From assembly GCA_020137815.1 (NCBI GenBank), contig CM035357.1:7440001-7504000 (forward strand): 64,000 nucleotides of DNA, written 5' to 3'. A model generated the notes under the pieces. The model saw only the letters and a program-made list of their open reading frames with translations. It had not been told where the DNA came from and searched no databases. The position numbers were made by a program, and so were the translations under genes. Of the stretch, positions 14,201-24,539 are shown in pieces. The stretch comes from Hormiphora californensis (Eukaryota; Animalia; Ctenophora). Each line of letters starts with the position of its first letter. Position 1 is the first letter of the stretch.

Positions 14201-17200
14201 TAGGATCGAATCGAAGGATCGAAAGATCGAATCGAATCGAGATCGAATCGAAAGATTTTGATCGCACAAAGATCGAATCGAGATCGAATCGATATTTTTT
14301 GATCCCCCAAAGATCGAATCGAGATCGAATCGACATTTTTTGAAAACCGAAAGATCGAATCGAAATCGAATCGAGATTTTTTGAACCCTCAAAGATCGAA
14401 TCGAGATCGAATCGAGATTTTTTGAAAACCGAAAGATCGAATCGAGATCGAATCGAAAGTTTTTGAACACTCAAAGATCGAATCGAGATCGAATCGAAAT
14501 TTTTTGAAATCTCAAAGATCGAATCGAGATCGAATCGAAAGTTTTTGAACCCTAAAAGATCGAATCGAGATCGAATCGAAAAATTTTGGTCGTCCAAAAA
14601 AAGATCGAGATCGAATCGAGAAAAAAATATCCGGTATCGCCGGTTCCTACTATTACAATTATTATACTACATGTTTACTAAACATGTACAGTCGGACCCC
14701 GATTTACCGGGCCCCGATTTACCGGAACCCCGATTTACCAGGAGGATAAATTTCCCCCGATCTAGGAAATTAACGGTATTTGACCCCGATATACAGGACA
14801 CCCCGATTTACCGGACAAAACCCTTTCCCCCGAGCATCCCGGTAAATCGGGGTCCGACTGTAGTATAATAATTGTAAAGAATAGGGGAAGAGATTTTAAG
14901 TTGCGAAAAGGGGTTAGCCGTACCGCTTACCAGATACTAAAATCTCTATTATAATTTGGAGATGTCGCTAGCAACCGTCGTTAGGGGCGGGTTGGTTGAT
15001 ACTGCACGTGCAGATGGGTACAGCGGAAGGGTGGGTTATCAAAACGCCCTTACTTGAGGCGTACCCAATGGGTGCGCTAGTACTGTAAATTTAGAACTTA
15101 TTTTTCTATACTTTTCTGCCACGTTTATGTTCTCCCTTGTCCTTTGTTCCCCTGAATGCGAATGACGTTTGTTACACCTCCTCGCTCAAACAATTCCCTT
15201 TGAACTACAAGACCGTTGAGGTGTTGAATTCACGTGATCTTCGCAAACTTCTCGTGACACTTTCTCAACCCAATGAGATTTAGTTCTACCACAAACTTTG
15301 CTATGTTCTTGTAGAAGCTAAAATGAGATGACTCTCTTTGTTTTCGTGTGTTACTTAGTTGTCGTCACTAGAGGATTTTTCGATCACGGTGGGTGTCCGA
15401 TAGCAGTCGACAATGGGTTTTTGGTTAGGTCATGCCAAGACCGAAAATTTTCATCCTGGGATGGCTTTCTCATGAAATGTCTTAACTCTTCCACTATGTA
15501 CTACAAAACGTTTACGTTTGATATTGCCACGAGAACAATAAAACCCTATGTAACGACTTTGTGCCCTAACGATTCTATCCAGTATCAGGCTTGCGGAAGT
15601 GAAAGTTTCTCGCCCTTGCACGATCCCGCTAAAAAGCTCTTCCAAACGTACCCCCGTGTGCGGGAAGTTGTGCTACGAACAAGACAAGGATATGTACGGT
15701 TTTCACACGTCATCCCAAACATGTCCAGTGGCTCATGACCGAGTTAGGAAAAACATCACCACCGTTCAGGGCGATATTTTTACCATCTTGATAAAAGAAG
15801 GAGGATTATGTGACGGTCGTTGTGATGAAGTGGAGCTGGAGGGAAACATAGCGGCACCTATGTTGACATGTGTCGATGAAAAATCTTGCGATGGATATAA
15901 CTATGGGGATGTGGCTAAGCAAGAACATGGTTATGTCTTTACTCCCTTCAACGACTTAATTGAACTGGTAAGACCAGAGAATAACACTTGTACTGATTTT
16001 CCCCTGCACAACGCATCACGTTGCTTCATTCCCTTACCAGACTCAACTAAATTACTGTATACTTATACGATTTATGATGGCGTATCTTATTGTCATGACG
16101 GTTTAGACCAGACAAACTGTTCGGATCCAGCTAAGATTGCCGGTTCGTGCCTCATCGGCGGATATCTCTCTACAGTTTCCATTTATATTCTCTGTCAGGA
16201 GAATTCAATATTATGTGATGATAATATGCACAAAAAGTGCCCAACAATTAATCGGTATTGTACCATTCATAAACATCAGTTATGCAATGGGCAAGATGAC
16301 TGTGCTATGGGTGCGGATGAGCGGAAGGCGACGTGTCTTAAGCTCACCCAACGATCGTGTGTTCGTGGTTTTAGCCAAAGTCAGGGTCTGCTTAGGATTC
16401 CAGTGGACTGGGTCCAGGATGGAGAGGTAGACTGCCTTGACGGGATAGATGAAAAGGCTAACTGGCAAACGTGCGGCAAAGGCATCAGGAGGACAATTAA
16501 ATACTCGACTAAGAAATGTAACAATGTCTTCCTCTGCAAACATAACATGGAACAATTTTTAGAGGCCACGCTTTTATGTTCCTTCCCCTCAATCTGTGAC
16601 GAAGAAGTGTGCCGCATGGCTAAAAGCAGGCCACAAATATCAAAAAAGATGCTAAGCACCAGCCTATCGATAGGGATAAAACTCAGGAGTTCAGTTTGCA
16701 CAAAAGGCATCCAATCTATCCTTCTTCTCACAGACCAAATTTGTCGATCTAAAACGTTCCATCATCCCTTCCATCTGTTCTTTGGTAAAAACTTTACAAC
16801 CAAATTAGTTTTTCCAACTACGGAACGTGATTGTATGTTCCTTTACGGTGAAGCATATGTGTTTCACAGCTGTTTAGGACTTTGTTACAACACACCGTGT
16901 CCCTTGAAAAGACCGGTTCTTCAAAACACTTGTAGCAACCTCAGAAACACCTTTTATTCTCTCAACTTCGAGCTTGGCTCAATTACAATTGTACAAAAGT
17001 TTCGTGAACGGTTCCACAACAACTTTTTCGTTTGTAAAAACACTAAGTGTATCCTTTTTGAGAAGGTGTGTGATCTTGTCGATGACTGTGGAGACAGGTC
17101 CGATGAGGAGGAATGTATGAACAACTTCCAGTGTTCTGATAAGTCTGGGTTCTTGGCTTTGAGTCAGAAGTGTGATGGAAAGATTGACTGCAAGGACTTC

Positions 17201-20200
17201 TCTGATGAATGTAATGAGAGTTGTAGGAGGAAAGCTATTAACAATAATACGATTTTGGGAGTTGCCCTTGTCATGGGAATTACAGGGTTCGTTTTTGGAG
17301 TTGGCGGACTTATAAAGAACATCAAACAGAAGTCGGAAAAGAGTGGCGAATTCATCAATCAAACTATGGTCTTGATGATTTCGTTGGGAGATCTACTGAC
17401 ATCTGTTTATCTCCTTACCCTCACTACAATCCACTGGATCCACGGTTCCGGGTTCTGTGAGTATCAGATTGAGTGGATTAGTGGAGTGCCTTGTACCATC
17501 ATTGGAGTTTTGAATAGCACTGGATCATCAATTTCTTCCCTTGTAATGGCTTTGGTCAGCTGCTTCCGACTCCATGGTACAGTAATGGCCCTTCGATACC
17601 GTCGTCCAAAGAAGGTTACTCTGAAGCTGTGGATGAAATTAGGTGTTCTACTTGCAGTCGTCACATCGATATCTCTAGCAGTATCTACTTTTCCATTGTT
17701 CGACACTTTCAATGAATGGTTTGTCAATGGACTAGTTTTTGAAAGAGGCTTTACACTATTTCTTGGAGTGATGGATAAAAGTCAACTGCTGAAGATTGTT
17801 CGGGGTTACCATGGAAGCCACGAAACCAGACGAAGTCAGTCTGGTAACACTGTTTCTTGGAACACATTCCAAGAAATGATCTCTGAGATGTTTTCCCGGG
17901 ATTATGATCCGGTCAGGGGCAAAAAGCTGTCTTTTTACGGTAACGACCCAGTGTGTATGTTTAAGGCATTCGTCCTTTCGGATGACCCACAAGTTCTTTT
18001 CGTATGGGCATACCTCACCTTCCATTTTCTCTGCTTTTTATGTGTAGCGGTATGCCATGGGGTGATTGCAGTACTCGTTAAAAGATCACATATCCAAAGT
18101 ACCAGGACGTCCAGCCCACTCAATTTCAATGTCTCTTTGATCTGCCTAACTGATTTTTGCTGCTGGATGCCCTTCCTTATCTGCTGCGTCCTTCACACAG
18201 CCGAGGTACTGGATATGTCACCGTGGTACCAGATCTTCTCCCTTAACATTCTCCCCCTAAACTCTGTACTGAATCCCGTTTTGTACAGTGGTGTAGTAAC
18301 AACGATTTGGGACTACTTTAAATGGGTCCAAAATGCTGATGGCGCTCGTGATGTTGCGTGCAATATCGCTCCTGAAGATCCCCCTAAAGATGCTTCTAAA
18401 GATGCTTCTAATGATTCTCGCGATGTTACTCCTGAAGATGCTTTAATTATGAATAATGAAGATGCTGCTGATGTCACCCCTGAAGATGCTGCTGATGTCA
18501 CCCCTGATGATGCTGCTGATGTCACCCCTGATGATGCTGCTGATGTCACCCCTGAAGATGCTGCTGATGTCACCCCTGAAGATGCTGCTGATGTCACCCC
18601 TGAAGATGCTGCTGATGTCACCCCTGATGTCCCTCCTGAAGATGCTGCTGATGTCCCCCCTGAAGATGCTGCTGATGTCACCCCTGATGTCACCCCTAAA
18701 GATGCTTCTAAAGATGCTTCTAATGATTCTCGCGATGTTACTCCTGAAGATGCTTTAATTATGAATAATGAAGATGCTGCTGATGTCACCCCTGAAGATG
18801 CTGCTGATGTCACCCCTGATGATGCTGCTGATGTCACCCCTGATGTCACCCCTGAAGATGCTGCTGATGTCACCCCTGAAGATGCTGCTGATGTCACCCC
18901 TGAAGATGCTGCTGATGTCACCCCTGATGTCCCTCCTGAAGATGCTGCTGATGTCCCCCCTGAAGATGCTGCTGATGTCACCCCTGATGTCACCCCTGAA
19001 GATGCTGCTGATGTCACCCCTGAAGATGCTGCTGATGTCACCCCTGATGTCACCCCTGAAGATGCTGCTGATGTCACCCCTGAAGATGCTGCTGATGTCA
19101 CCCCTGAAGATGCTGCTGATGTCACCCCTGAAGATGCTGCTGATGTCACCCCTGATGTCACCCCTGAAGATGCTGCTGATGTCACCCCTGAAGATGCTGC
19201 TGATGTCACCCCTGAAGATGCTGCTGATGTCACCCCTGATGATGCTGCTGATGTCACCCCTGATGTCACCCCTGAAGATGCTGCTGATGTCACCCCTGAA
19301 GATGCTGCTGATGTCACCCCTGAAGATGCTGCTGATGTCACCCCTGAAGATGCTGCTGATGTCACCCCTGATGTCCCTCCTAAAGATGCTACTGATCTCA
19401 CCCCTGGAATATATAAAACTTAAGATTAGACTCTAAGCTATGTAGTATGTTCTGTTGATTACCTAATTGGTATGTTTTATTTCAAGTTTCTTCATGTTAT
19501 AAGAGACAAAGTTTCTTTCCTACTGTAAAACCATATATTTTCGAGGGCATTGGTTTTCGCGGATTGGCCTAGACTAGGGCTTCTGGTGGTCCCTGAAGAC
19601 TTCACCAGCGTACCAGGAGTGAACTACTCCTTCATCAGCGACTCCTGGTACGCTGGTGAAGTCGTCAGGGCCCTGCAGGGGCCACCAGAAGCCAATCTGG
19701 GCCAATCCGCGAAAATTAATTTCCCGCGAAAATAAATGGTTTTACGTTTGAAGTGTCCTTCCTGATGATGCATTTATTTATTTGATAGTTATTATTATTA
19801 TTCAAATTTTACGTTTACTTTCAAACAGAACCTTTTCTTTTTCTTGTACATCGATATTGCTTCTAACGGTGTGTTATATAGCACAGAGTTCACCCAAAGT
19901 TTTTCGAGGCGTTTACGGGTGGCTGGAGGATATCCATTCTCATCACCAACAACATCACGGTACCAATCATCCATCAAAATTCTGTAAGTTCACCTATTCG
20001 TATTGTCTGTTCACAGATTGTGTAAAGTTTATGTTTTAAAGTAATTGGCCACTCAAAACACGGTATACATCGGGATGCCAGACCCAAACCCAAGGCACTC
20101 TCAAAGGCAAAACGTTACCTTGTTCCAGACCAAACTAAACTCAAGACACTCACAAAGGCAAAACGTTACCTTGTTCCAGACCAAACTCAAGAGTCTCTCA

Positions 20201-20356
20201 AAGGCAAAACGTTACCTTGTTCCAGATCAAATCAAACTCAAGAATCTCTCAAAGGCAAAACGTTACCTAGTTCCAGATTTATATAGGGAATTCCCAAGTT
20301 TTACTTGGTTAGGCCGGGAGTTAGACTCCTTGGAGCGTTTGAGGCGATATGCTCGC

Positions 20357-20387
<31 letters not shown>

Positions 20388-20405
20388 GAGTGGGAGAGAT
20401 AGAGT

Positions 20406-20478
<73 letters not shown>

Positions 20479-21767
20479 CCGAAAGATATTTATTTCTTCG
20501 TGTGTTTAAAATGGATATATGGCAGCATAATTCTGAGCAAAAAAAAGATCTATATTAGGAAAGAGGGGTAAACTGATATGAGATTGAAAGAAACTTCTAG
20601 AAGAATACTAGAATGATGTGTCACGTACATTCAACAAAATACATGTGTATAACATGTCAGATTATAAGACATACTGACATATATCATACTAAGGACATGA
20701 TCTGTGTAGCCTTTATAGAAAATATCCCATGTAAAGGATTTCTATTGTTTTGAAACCATGATCACTTTAACACTACTAATACTATCTATTTTATATTCTT
20801 CTACACAAACACATATTTTAAAGTCAGTTCAACATATTTTTGAAGCCTTGAGTGTCTGCACTGATTGCATTTCATTTCTACAAATTTCTAACCATTATAA
20901 ATGAATGAAATATATAGAAAAAGAGGGAGAGACAAAGATTGATAGATGGAGAGAGGTAGAGCCAATAAAAAAGAAGAGGGGAGAGAATGGGAGAGATCTG
21001 TGAGAGAGACGCTAATAAAAAAGGAGAGTATAGCAAGCAAGCTGCTACCCGTAATGAAACGTTTACACTATAGATCTATACACTATATATACCCTCTTTT
21101 CGATATACTAGCTCTCTCCTATATTTCTCTAACAGCTCTCACTTTCTTACCATCACTAAGACTCTCCACAAGTTTGGAAAGAGAACGTTGTACAGTAGAA
21201 ATGTAGTCTGGTCCTCCTGTGATATCAACAACACCAATATAAATTGGAAGAAGAGGTGGATCCTGAATAAAGCGCATTTTAATTTAGAAAGGAGAAACAT
21301 AATAACACTTTCCGAAACAGTCATCATCTGCACCATCATTCAATATTAGTGTTTACTATTCAAAAAGTGTGTAACTTACAACAGCGATTGAGTTGTCCTC
21401 AGCATCAGGAGGTATATTCATTTCAACCAGTGTCTGTGTTAGTTCAGGATGCTTGGCGTTGTTGGAATACTTTGCAGTCACCTCATTTTCAGTATGACAC
21501 ATCATGCAATGCCAGTGGGTTTTGTTCACTGTTGTAAAACAGTTAATATAACTGTAACAGTTGTGACATCGATCCAACGACGAGCTCAAATCGTCAACCA
21601 TGCATTCTTTTGGGAGGGTGATCAAGGGCTCCAGAGTGCACCCCCACGGGACACCGGTGGCATCCTCAAGATCCTCTGAAAAACGATTTTTGTTAAAACT
21701 GGGTGGACAATTTAAGGTGTTTATACTTACTGTTAACAGGGAACTTTCGGAGTGAAAATCGAATCAT
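178..21767 (-). CDS. Sec23/Sec24-family COPII coat protein (SEC23D/Sec24III-like), 16 exons, ~752 aa
   Basis: Hand-spliced, all GT-AG, phases consistent: 21767-21731, 21675-21380, 21262-21151, 6670-6519, 5625-5481, 5356-5263, 3848-3621, 3277-3208, 3103-3023, 2829-2711, 2398-2305, 1941-1691, 1378-1301, 992-793, 664-529, 343-178 (2259 nt). Protein: [21 protein letters not shown], zinc finger [16 protein letters not shown], trunk [61 protein letters not shown], barrel AMLRIRTS, gelsolin-like YVLLDAY. Confidence 0.92.
4704..5175 (+). mobile_element. ~470-bp interspersed retroposon-like repeat (copy 1)
   Basis: Highly similar copy at 35166-35647; ends in an A-run followed by (GA)n; lies in Sec24-like intron 6. 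Confidence 0.7.
5873..6536 (-). repeat. 37-bp minisatellite (~18 copies) made of the last 18 nt of exon 4 plus its splice donor
   Basis: Unit on - strand is GATGACACTTTTGTTAGG|GTAGGTAGGGGGATGGGGA; the first copy is the real exon/donor junction at 6519/6518. Confidence 0.92.
6700..7067 (+). repeat. ~350-bp direct repeat, left copy (right copy ~20465-20813)
   Basis: GAGAGGGCCGAAAGATATTTATTTCTTCGTGTG...CTTCTACACAAACAC occurs at both positions with scattered substitutions and indels. Confidence 0.92.
7080..7632 (+). other. Orphan acidic ORF or terminal-exon fragment with PPxY-like motifs
   Basis: ~185 open codons ([17 protein letters not shown]..., Glu-rich, TAA at 7630-7632) starting at the left insertion junction; no upstream exons found. 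Confidence 0.45.
7967..8587. mobile_element. Foldback-type MITE with internal 10-bp TTAGCTTTTT arrays
   Basis: TIRs GGGGGGGGTCCAGCCCTAAAAAAAGCTAA / TTAGCTTTTTTTAGGGCTGGACCCCCCCC; ATTCTT on both flanks (7961-7966, 8588-8593). Confidence 0.85.
9022..9050 (+). mobile_element. Helitron-like 3' terminus
   Basis: Hairpin TTCGCCC-GTA-GGGCGAA followed 8 nt later by CTAG|T; 5' end not located. Confidence 0.4.
9076..9140 (-). mobile_element. Double-hairpin terminus of a Helentron/DINE-like element
   Basis: Reverse complement closely matches 11130-11200 (hairpins ATGCCTTTT..AAAAGGCAT and GGGTGAAGGC-CTTCG-GCCTTCACCC). Confidence 0.6.
9571..10902 (+). CDS. Intronless type II membrane carbohydrate sulfotransferase-like protein (Sulfotransfer_2 / CHST11-14-like), nested antisense in Sec24-like intron 3
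   Basis: N-terminal TM ([15 protein letters not shown]), stem, then [52 protein letters not shown] 9571 preferred over 9439. Confidence 0.85.
   Translation: MTRYFVILPYSGCVFSRLFNIFLLFSVLFLWYLTITNHWYFVDRPSLDEDSAGPQPRDIFQGIDSVPSDRVKMNKFQPPAVRPIGFKMKSEDENTVSPGYHGNRQHVPVQEGPVSPEELNHDVDTNPPQDIIELFPTEQLEDILTRFEKRNKRIKDLCEIEGNPDFETSSMYYFPNLRATWMPLFGATTSMWKKFFIDQYNVKRRSDPDQYNLGQLSRFLLQRYRSSRRWSGKKTRRMRREPDDSLRFTIIRHPLSRLIAHFKKPQLDRGELSALKDQWVRPSIILGRTDPSWTDEQRTKFEGELDLWIDGKLTPEQSPNNPLLAAPSFPEFVWFIIDRSEDGDDRAYNVHWRPISEWLDICQNDIDIIVKLENSKSEIPVLLDEINLSDHEDYFLDSQDDINVEDYMGQLSREDQEDINGFYKMDYKLLGYQPILVETDPEL
11059..11756 (+). repeat. ~260-bp direct repeat, left copy interrupted by the 11137-11576 insertion; right copy 13612-14784 interrupted by a hAT MITE
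   Basis: AGGGTATGTTGATTG...TAACGGTATTTGAC occurs twice, each copy carrying a different insertion. Confidence 0.9.
11137..11576 (+). mobile_element. ~440-bp Helentron-associated (DINE-1/HINE-like) element
   Basis: Absent from the paralogous empty site (~13683, T-run); starts with a double hairpin after TTTTTT, ends ...CTTGTTTT; no TSD. Confidence 0.65.
11757..13125 (+). repeat. 359-bp tandem repeat, ~3.8 near-identical copies
   Basis: Identical 60-aa ORFs at 359-bp spacing; truncates a pogo-like MITE that starts at ~11676. Confidence 0.95.
13180..13612 (+). mobile_element. Possible 3' end of a non-LTR retroelement with (GATA)n tail
   Basis: Residual open frame ([19 protein letters not shown]...), 3' hairpin GGGCTTGCC-GTT-GGCAAGCCC, then (GATA)4 directly before the right direct repeat. 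Confidence 0.35.
13757..14649. mobile_element. hAT-type MITE with GATCGAATC arrays (copy 1)
   Basis: TIR TAGGAACCGGCGATA/TATCGCCGGTTCCTA; 8-bp TSD CTATTACA; empty site visible at ~11637. Confidence 0.93.
14689..14860. mobile_element. Tc1/pogo-like MITE
   Basis: TIR CAGTCGGACCCCGATTTACCGG, TA on both flanks; relatives at 11676-11756, 30159-30277 and a remnant at ~7797-7812. Confidence 0.88.
15328..19423 (+). CDS. Intronless LDLa-repeat class A GPCR (GRL101/RXFP-related), nested in Sec24-like intron 3
   Basis: Signal peptide, Cys-rich ectodomain with LDLa modules ([30 protein letters not shown]), 7TM with [33 protein letters not shown]. One frameshift in a C5 run near 15650, probably a sequencing error. 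Confidence 0.9.
18460..19405 (+). repeat. Coding 24/12-bp repeat (DVTPEDAA)n forming the GPCR C-tail
   Basis: Units GATGCTGCTGATGTCACCCCTGAA, plus a larger block duplication (18384.. vs 18696..). Confidence 0.95.
19523..19747. mobile_element. Palindromic MITE
   Basis: Imperfect TIRs CTGTAAAACCAT../..ATGGTTTTACG; internal palindrome TTCACCAGCGTACCAGGAGT/ACTCCTGGTACGCTGGTGAA. Confidence 0.65.
19940..20470 (+). mobile_element. Interspersed repeat fragment with a ~45-bp x4 subrepeat and (GA)n tail
   Basis: 19943-20025 resembles the reverse complement of 36890-36970; subrepeat CTCAAAGGCAAAACGTTACC..CCAGAC resembles 33681-33715. Confidence 0.5.
20465..20813 (+). repeat. ~350-bp direct repeat, right copy
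   Basis: Matches 6700-7067. Confidence 0.92.
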
Positions 21768-22063
21768 ATGGCGCAAGGTTAGCCTTTGTTTTAACGCTCT
21801 TCAAAGACAAAGCCCAAACAACTTTTAAAAAAGAAGCGTCGTCAACAGAAAATTTTATTTTTTAAGCTGATTTTATTTTGGCCTTGGACAGCGCGGCAGC
21901 GCCGAACACTTTTTATTGGTAGCAGCGGTAAAAATGCAGCCTAATTTTGTTTCTCGCCGCGCTGCGCGGTGCTCAATTTAATAAAGTAAAATTCTGACGA
22001 CAAGATCTCAAATTTTTTTTTATTTTCAAAACATCACACCCACACCTCGCATACAGCAACTTC

Positions 22064-23239
22064 GTGAGAAGTTTTAAGTGTAAGTGGGGATATCTACAAC
22101 GAACCATTCCTGACATCGGCCCTCTATTCCAGCCTATCGAAGACATCATCCGGCACAAGTTCATCCCTCTAGTCGTTGGAAAACATGTGTCTGATCTTGA
22201 ACGGAGAGTCCTGGCTCTGCCGATAAGGATGGGTGGTTTGGCAATTGAAGACCCGACGGAAGCTGCAAAACACCAATACAGCAGCTCGAGGTTCATCAAC
22301 ACCCCACTCGTTGAATTGATCCTTTCAGACGGGTCTGAAGGCGGCACCATAGCAAATGTAGAGTCCTGTGCAGCCAAAAACAAAAAGGAGTGTGAAGAAG
22401 CCGCTCAAGAACGGGCTGAGCTTGAACTGAAATCGATAGTGTCTGAGGCAGATGATCGCCTGAAACGGGCACTGGAGCTTAACTCTGAACAGGGATCTTC
22501 AAGCTGGTTATCAGCCAGACCACTCAAGCACCTTGATCATGAGTTAAACCAGAGGGAATTTGTTGATGCCATTCGTCTAAGATACGGCTTTCATTTCTCG
22601 GATCTTCCTTCCAAATGTGGATGTGGGGCTGACAATAATGCAGACCATGCCCTAATCTGCAAGGTTGGTGGGTTCGATATTTGGAGACACGATCATCTGA
22701 GGGACACCATGGCCGAGTTGTTCAGGTATGCAGGATTGAAACCGGTGAATACAGAACAGCTGCTTCTACCGTGTGAAGGACATACATTTCCTGTCAGTGC
22801 CAACACCAGGGACGATGCCCGAATGGACATAGTATGCCGAGGTCTATGGCGGGATATGGAGGCATCCTACCTCGATGTGCGGGTGTTTCACCCTAATGCT
22901 CCCTCCTACCAGAAAACATCAATCGCTCAGCTACACAGAACTCACCAGAACCAGAAGAAAATGGCCTATTTGAGGAGGGTTCTAAACGTAGAGCAGGGTA
23001 GCTTCACTCCTCTTGTGTTTGCTACTTCAGGAGGCTTCGCACCAGAGGTTAAACGAGTTCTGGAATGCGTTGGAAACAAAATCTGCTCCAAGCACCAAGA
23101 AGGACTCAGTGAGACGATGTCTTTTATAAGACAAAAGCTCAGATTTAGCCTGTTGAGATCAACCTTAGTAGCATTGAGGGGCACTAAGAGGCGTGTGGTA
23201 CCATTTATGCCGAGCGAAGTTGATTTCAGAGTGACGTAA
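22064..23239 (+). mobile_element. 5'-truncated CRE-clade (RLE-type) non-LTR retrotransposon ORF
   Basis: RT thumb LALPIRMGGLAI, SSSWL, EFVDAIRLRYG, knuckle CGCG..DHALIC, RHD, endonuclease RMDI..YLDVRVFHP..KK.Y, FTPLVFATSGG; no RT core. Confidence 0.85.
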
Positions 23240-23640
23240 TTTATTCTGTGTTTACTTTTATAAATCGCTAGGGACGTGCGTGGTGTACCAGGAGTGGTGA
23301 ATTATGCAGCCATTCTTTATTGTGTCTCTACCTCTTTTCTCCGTGTCCTAACACAATATACCTATGGTACACCCGCACACGTGTTCCTTTTTTCACAATT
23401 CTTTTTTCAAAACATCGTTTTTTAAACGACTGTCGCTACTTGATCACGGGACCAATTCAGACAAACTAAAGGCTATTTGATAAATAATCGATAACTTTGA
23501 CCGGTTAATTGTATCATGTAACCGTTTACTAAGCCAGAATCATTTACCCTCCGAAATAAGAACCGATGATATTTAACCGGGGCTACTAGCCGAACTGTGG
23601 TCTGTGAGCAACTATTATTATTCCACTTTCTTTACACAGC

Positions 23641-24201
23641 ATGTCAGAAGAAAACAATGAGTCCAGTAGCAGTTATTTGGATTATATCCCAGGATCAGCT
23701 CTGGCTTCTGTGGATGCCAAAATGGCAGAATTGGACGCCCTTATGAAAAAACTTAATCAGTCTGCAAAACGTTACTTTCAAGTTCAGCTTGGTGACATGC
23801 CCAGACCAGTACCAAGCTCAACTTCCCTTCTCACTGGGTCCTGCTACTTTGGATGGTATAGCTGGACATCTCCGGAGCTGTAAGAATGTGATAGTGTTGA
23901 CTGGTGCTGGTATATCTACCTCTGCTGGAATCCCAGATTTCAGGACACCTGGCACGGGAGTGTATGATAACGTTCAGTCCTATCTGGATAAATACAATGT
24001 GGACAATGCCATGGAGCTGTTCAGTTACAAGCTCTTTCAGGAGGACCCAGTACCATTTTATTCCCTGTGTAAGGATGTTAAATATCCCGCTGAGACAGCT
24101 AAACCTACCCTGGCTCACTATTTTATTCGGTTGCTAAGCGACAAAGGAGTTCCTCCTTAGGAACTACACACAGAATATTGATATGCTACAAAGTAAAACT
24201 G
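23641..24201 (+). CDS. Sirtuin first coding exon, copy A (two 1-nt insertions; pseudo-exon or sequencing errors)
   Basis: Own acceptor CTTTACACAG and donor G|GTATGT; catalytic part nearly identical to 24672-25083; extra bases near 23839 and 24150. Confidence 0.7.
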
Positions 24202-24539
24202 GTATGTACTACACAACTGTGTCCAGTTCAACAATGTTGACCACTTCTCACGTACCAAATAATGGTTGTACTTTGTAGCACAATCTTTCAAACGTTTCAA
24301 CACTACTTTAAACAAATTAATTTGAGCTTATGTATAGTTGCAACGAAACCTGTTCTACAACTACAATACGCTGCTCTTGATCACCTTGAAAAACAGCTAA
24401 AAGATGAAATTATACACGTTTAATTTGTTGGCTCCCCCAACAGAAGAACATAATATGTTATTTGACCTAAGCAGCTAGCCGAACAATTAGCAACTATTAT
24501 TATTCCACTTTCTTTACACAGGATGTCTGAAAGAAAATA

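Noticed and set aside
13639-14868. SRSNRDRIE / SIRSRFDL ORFs (also 50398-51534)
   Set aside because: Translations of internal MITE repeats.
15599-15738. Programmed frameshift in GPCR1
   Set aside because: A single extra C in a homopolymer is better explained by read error, given similar errors elsewhere in the window.
18313-19436. Antisense SGVTSAA and shifted MLLMSPLK ORFs
   Set aside because: Shadow frames of the coding repeat.
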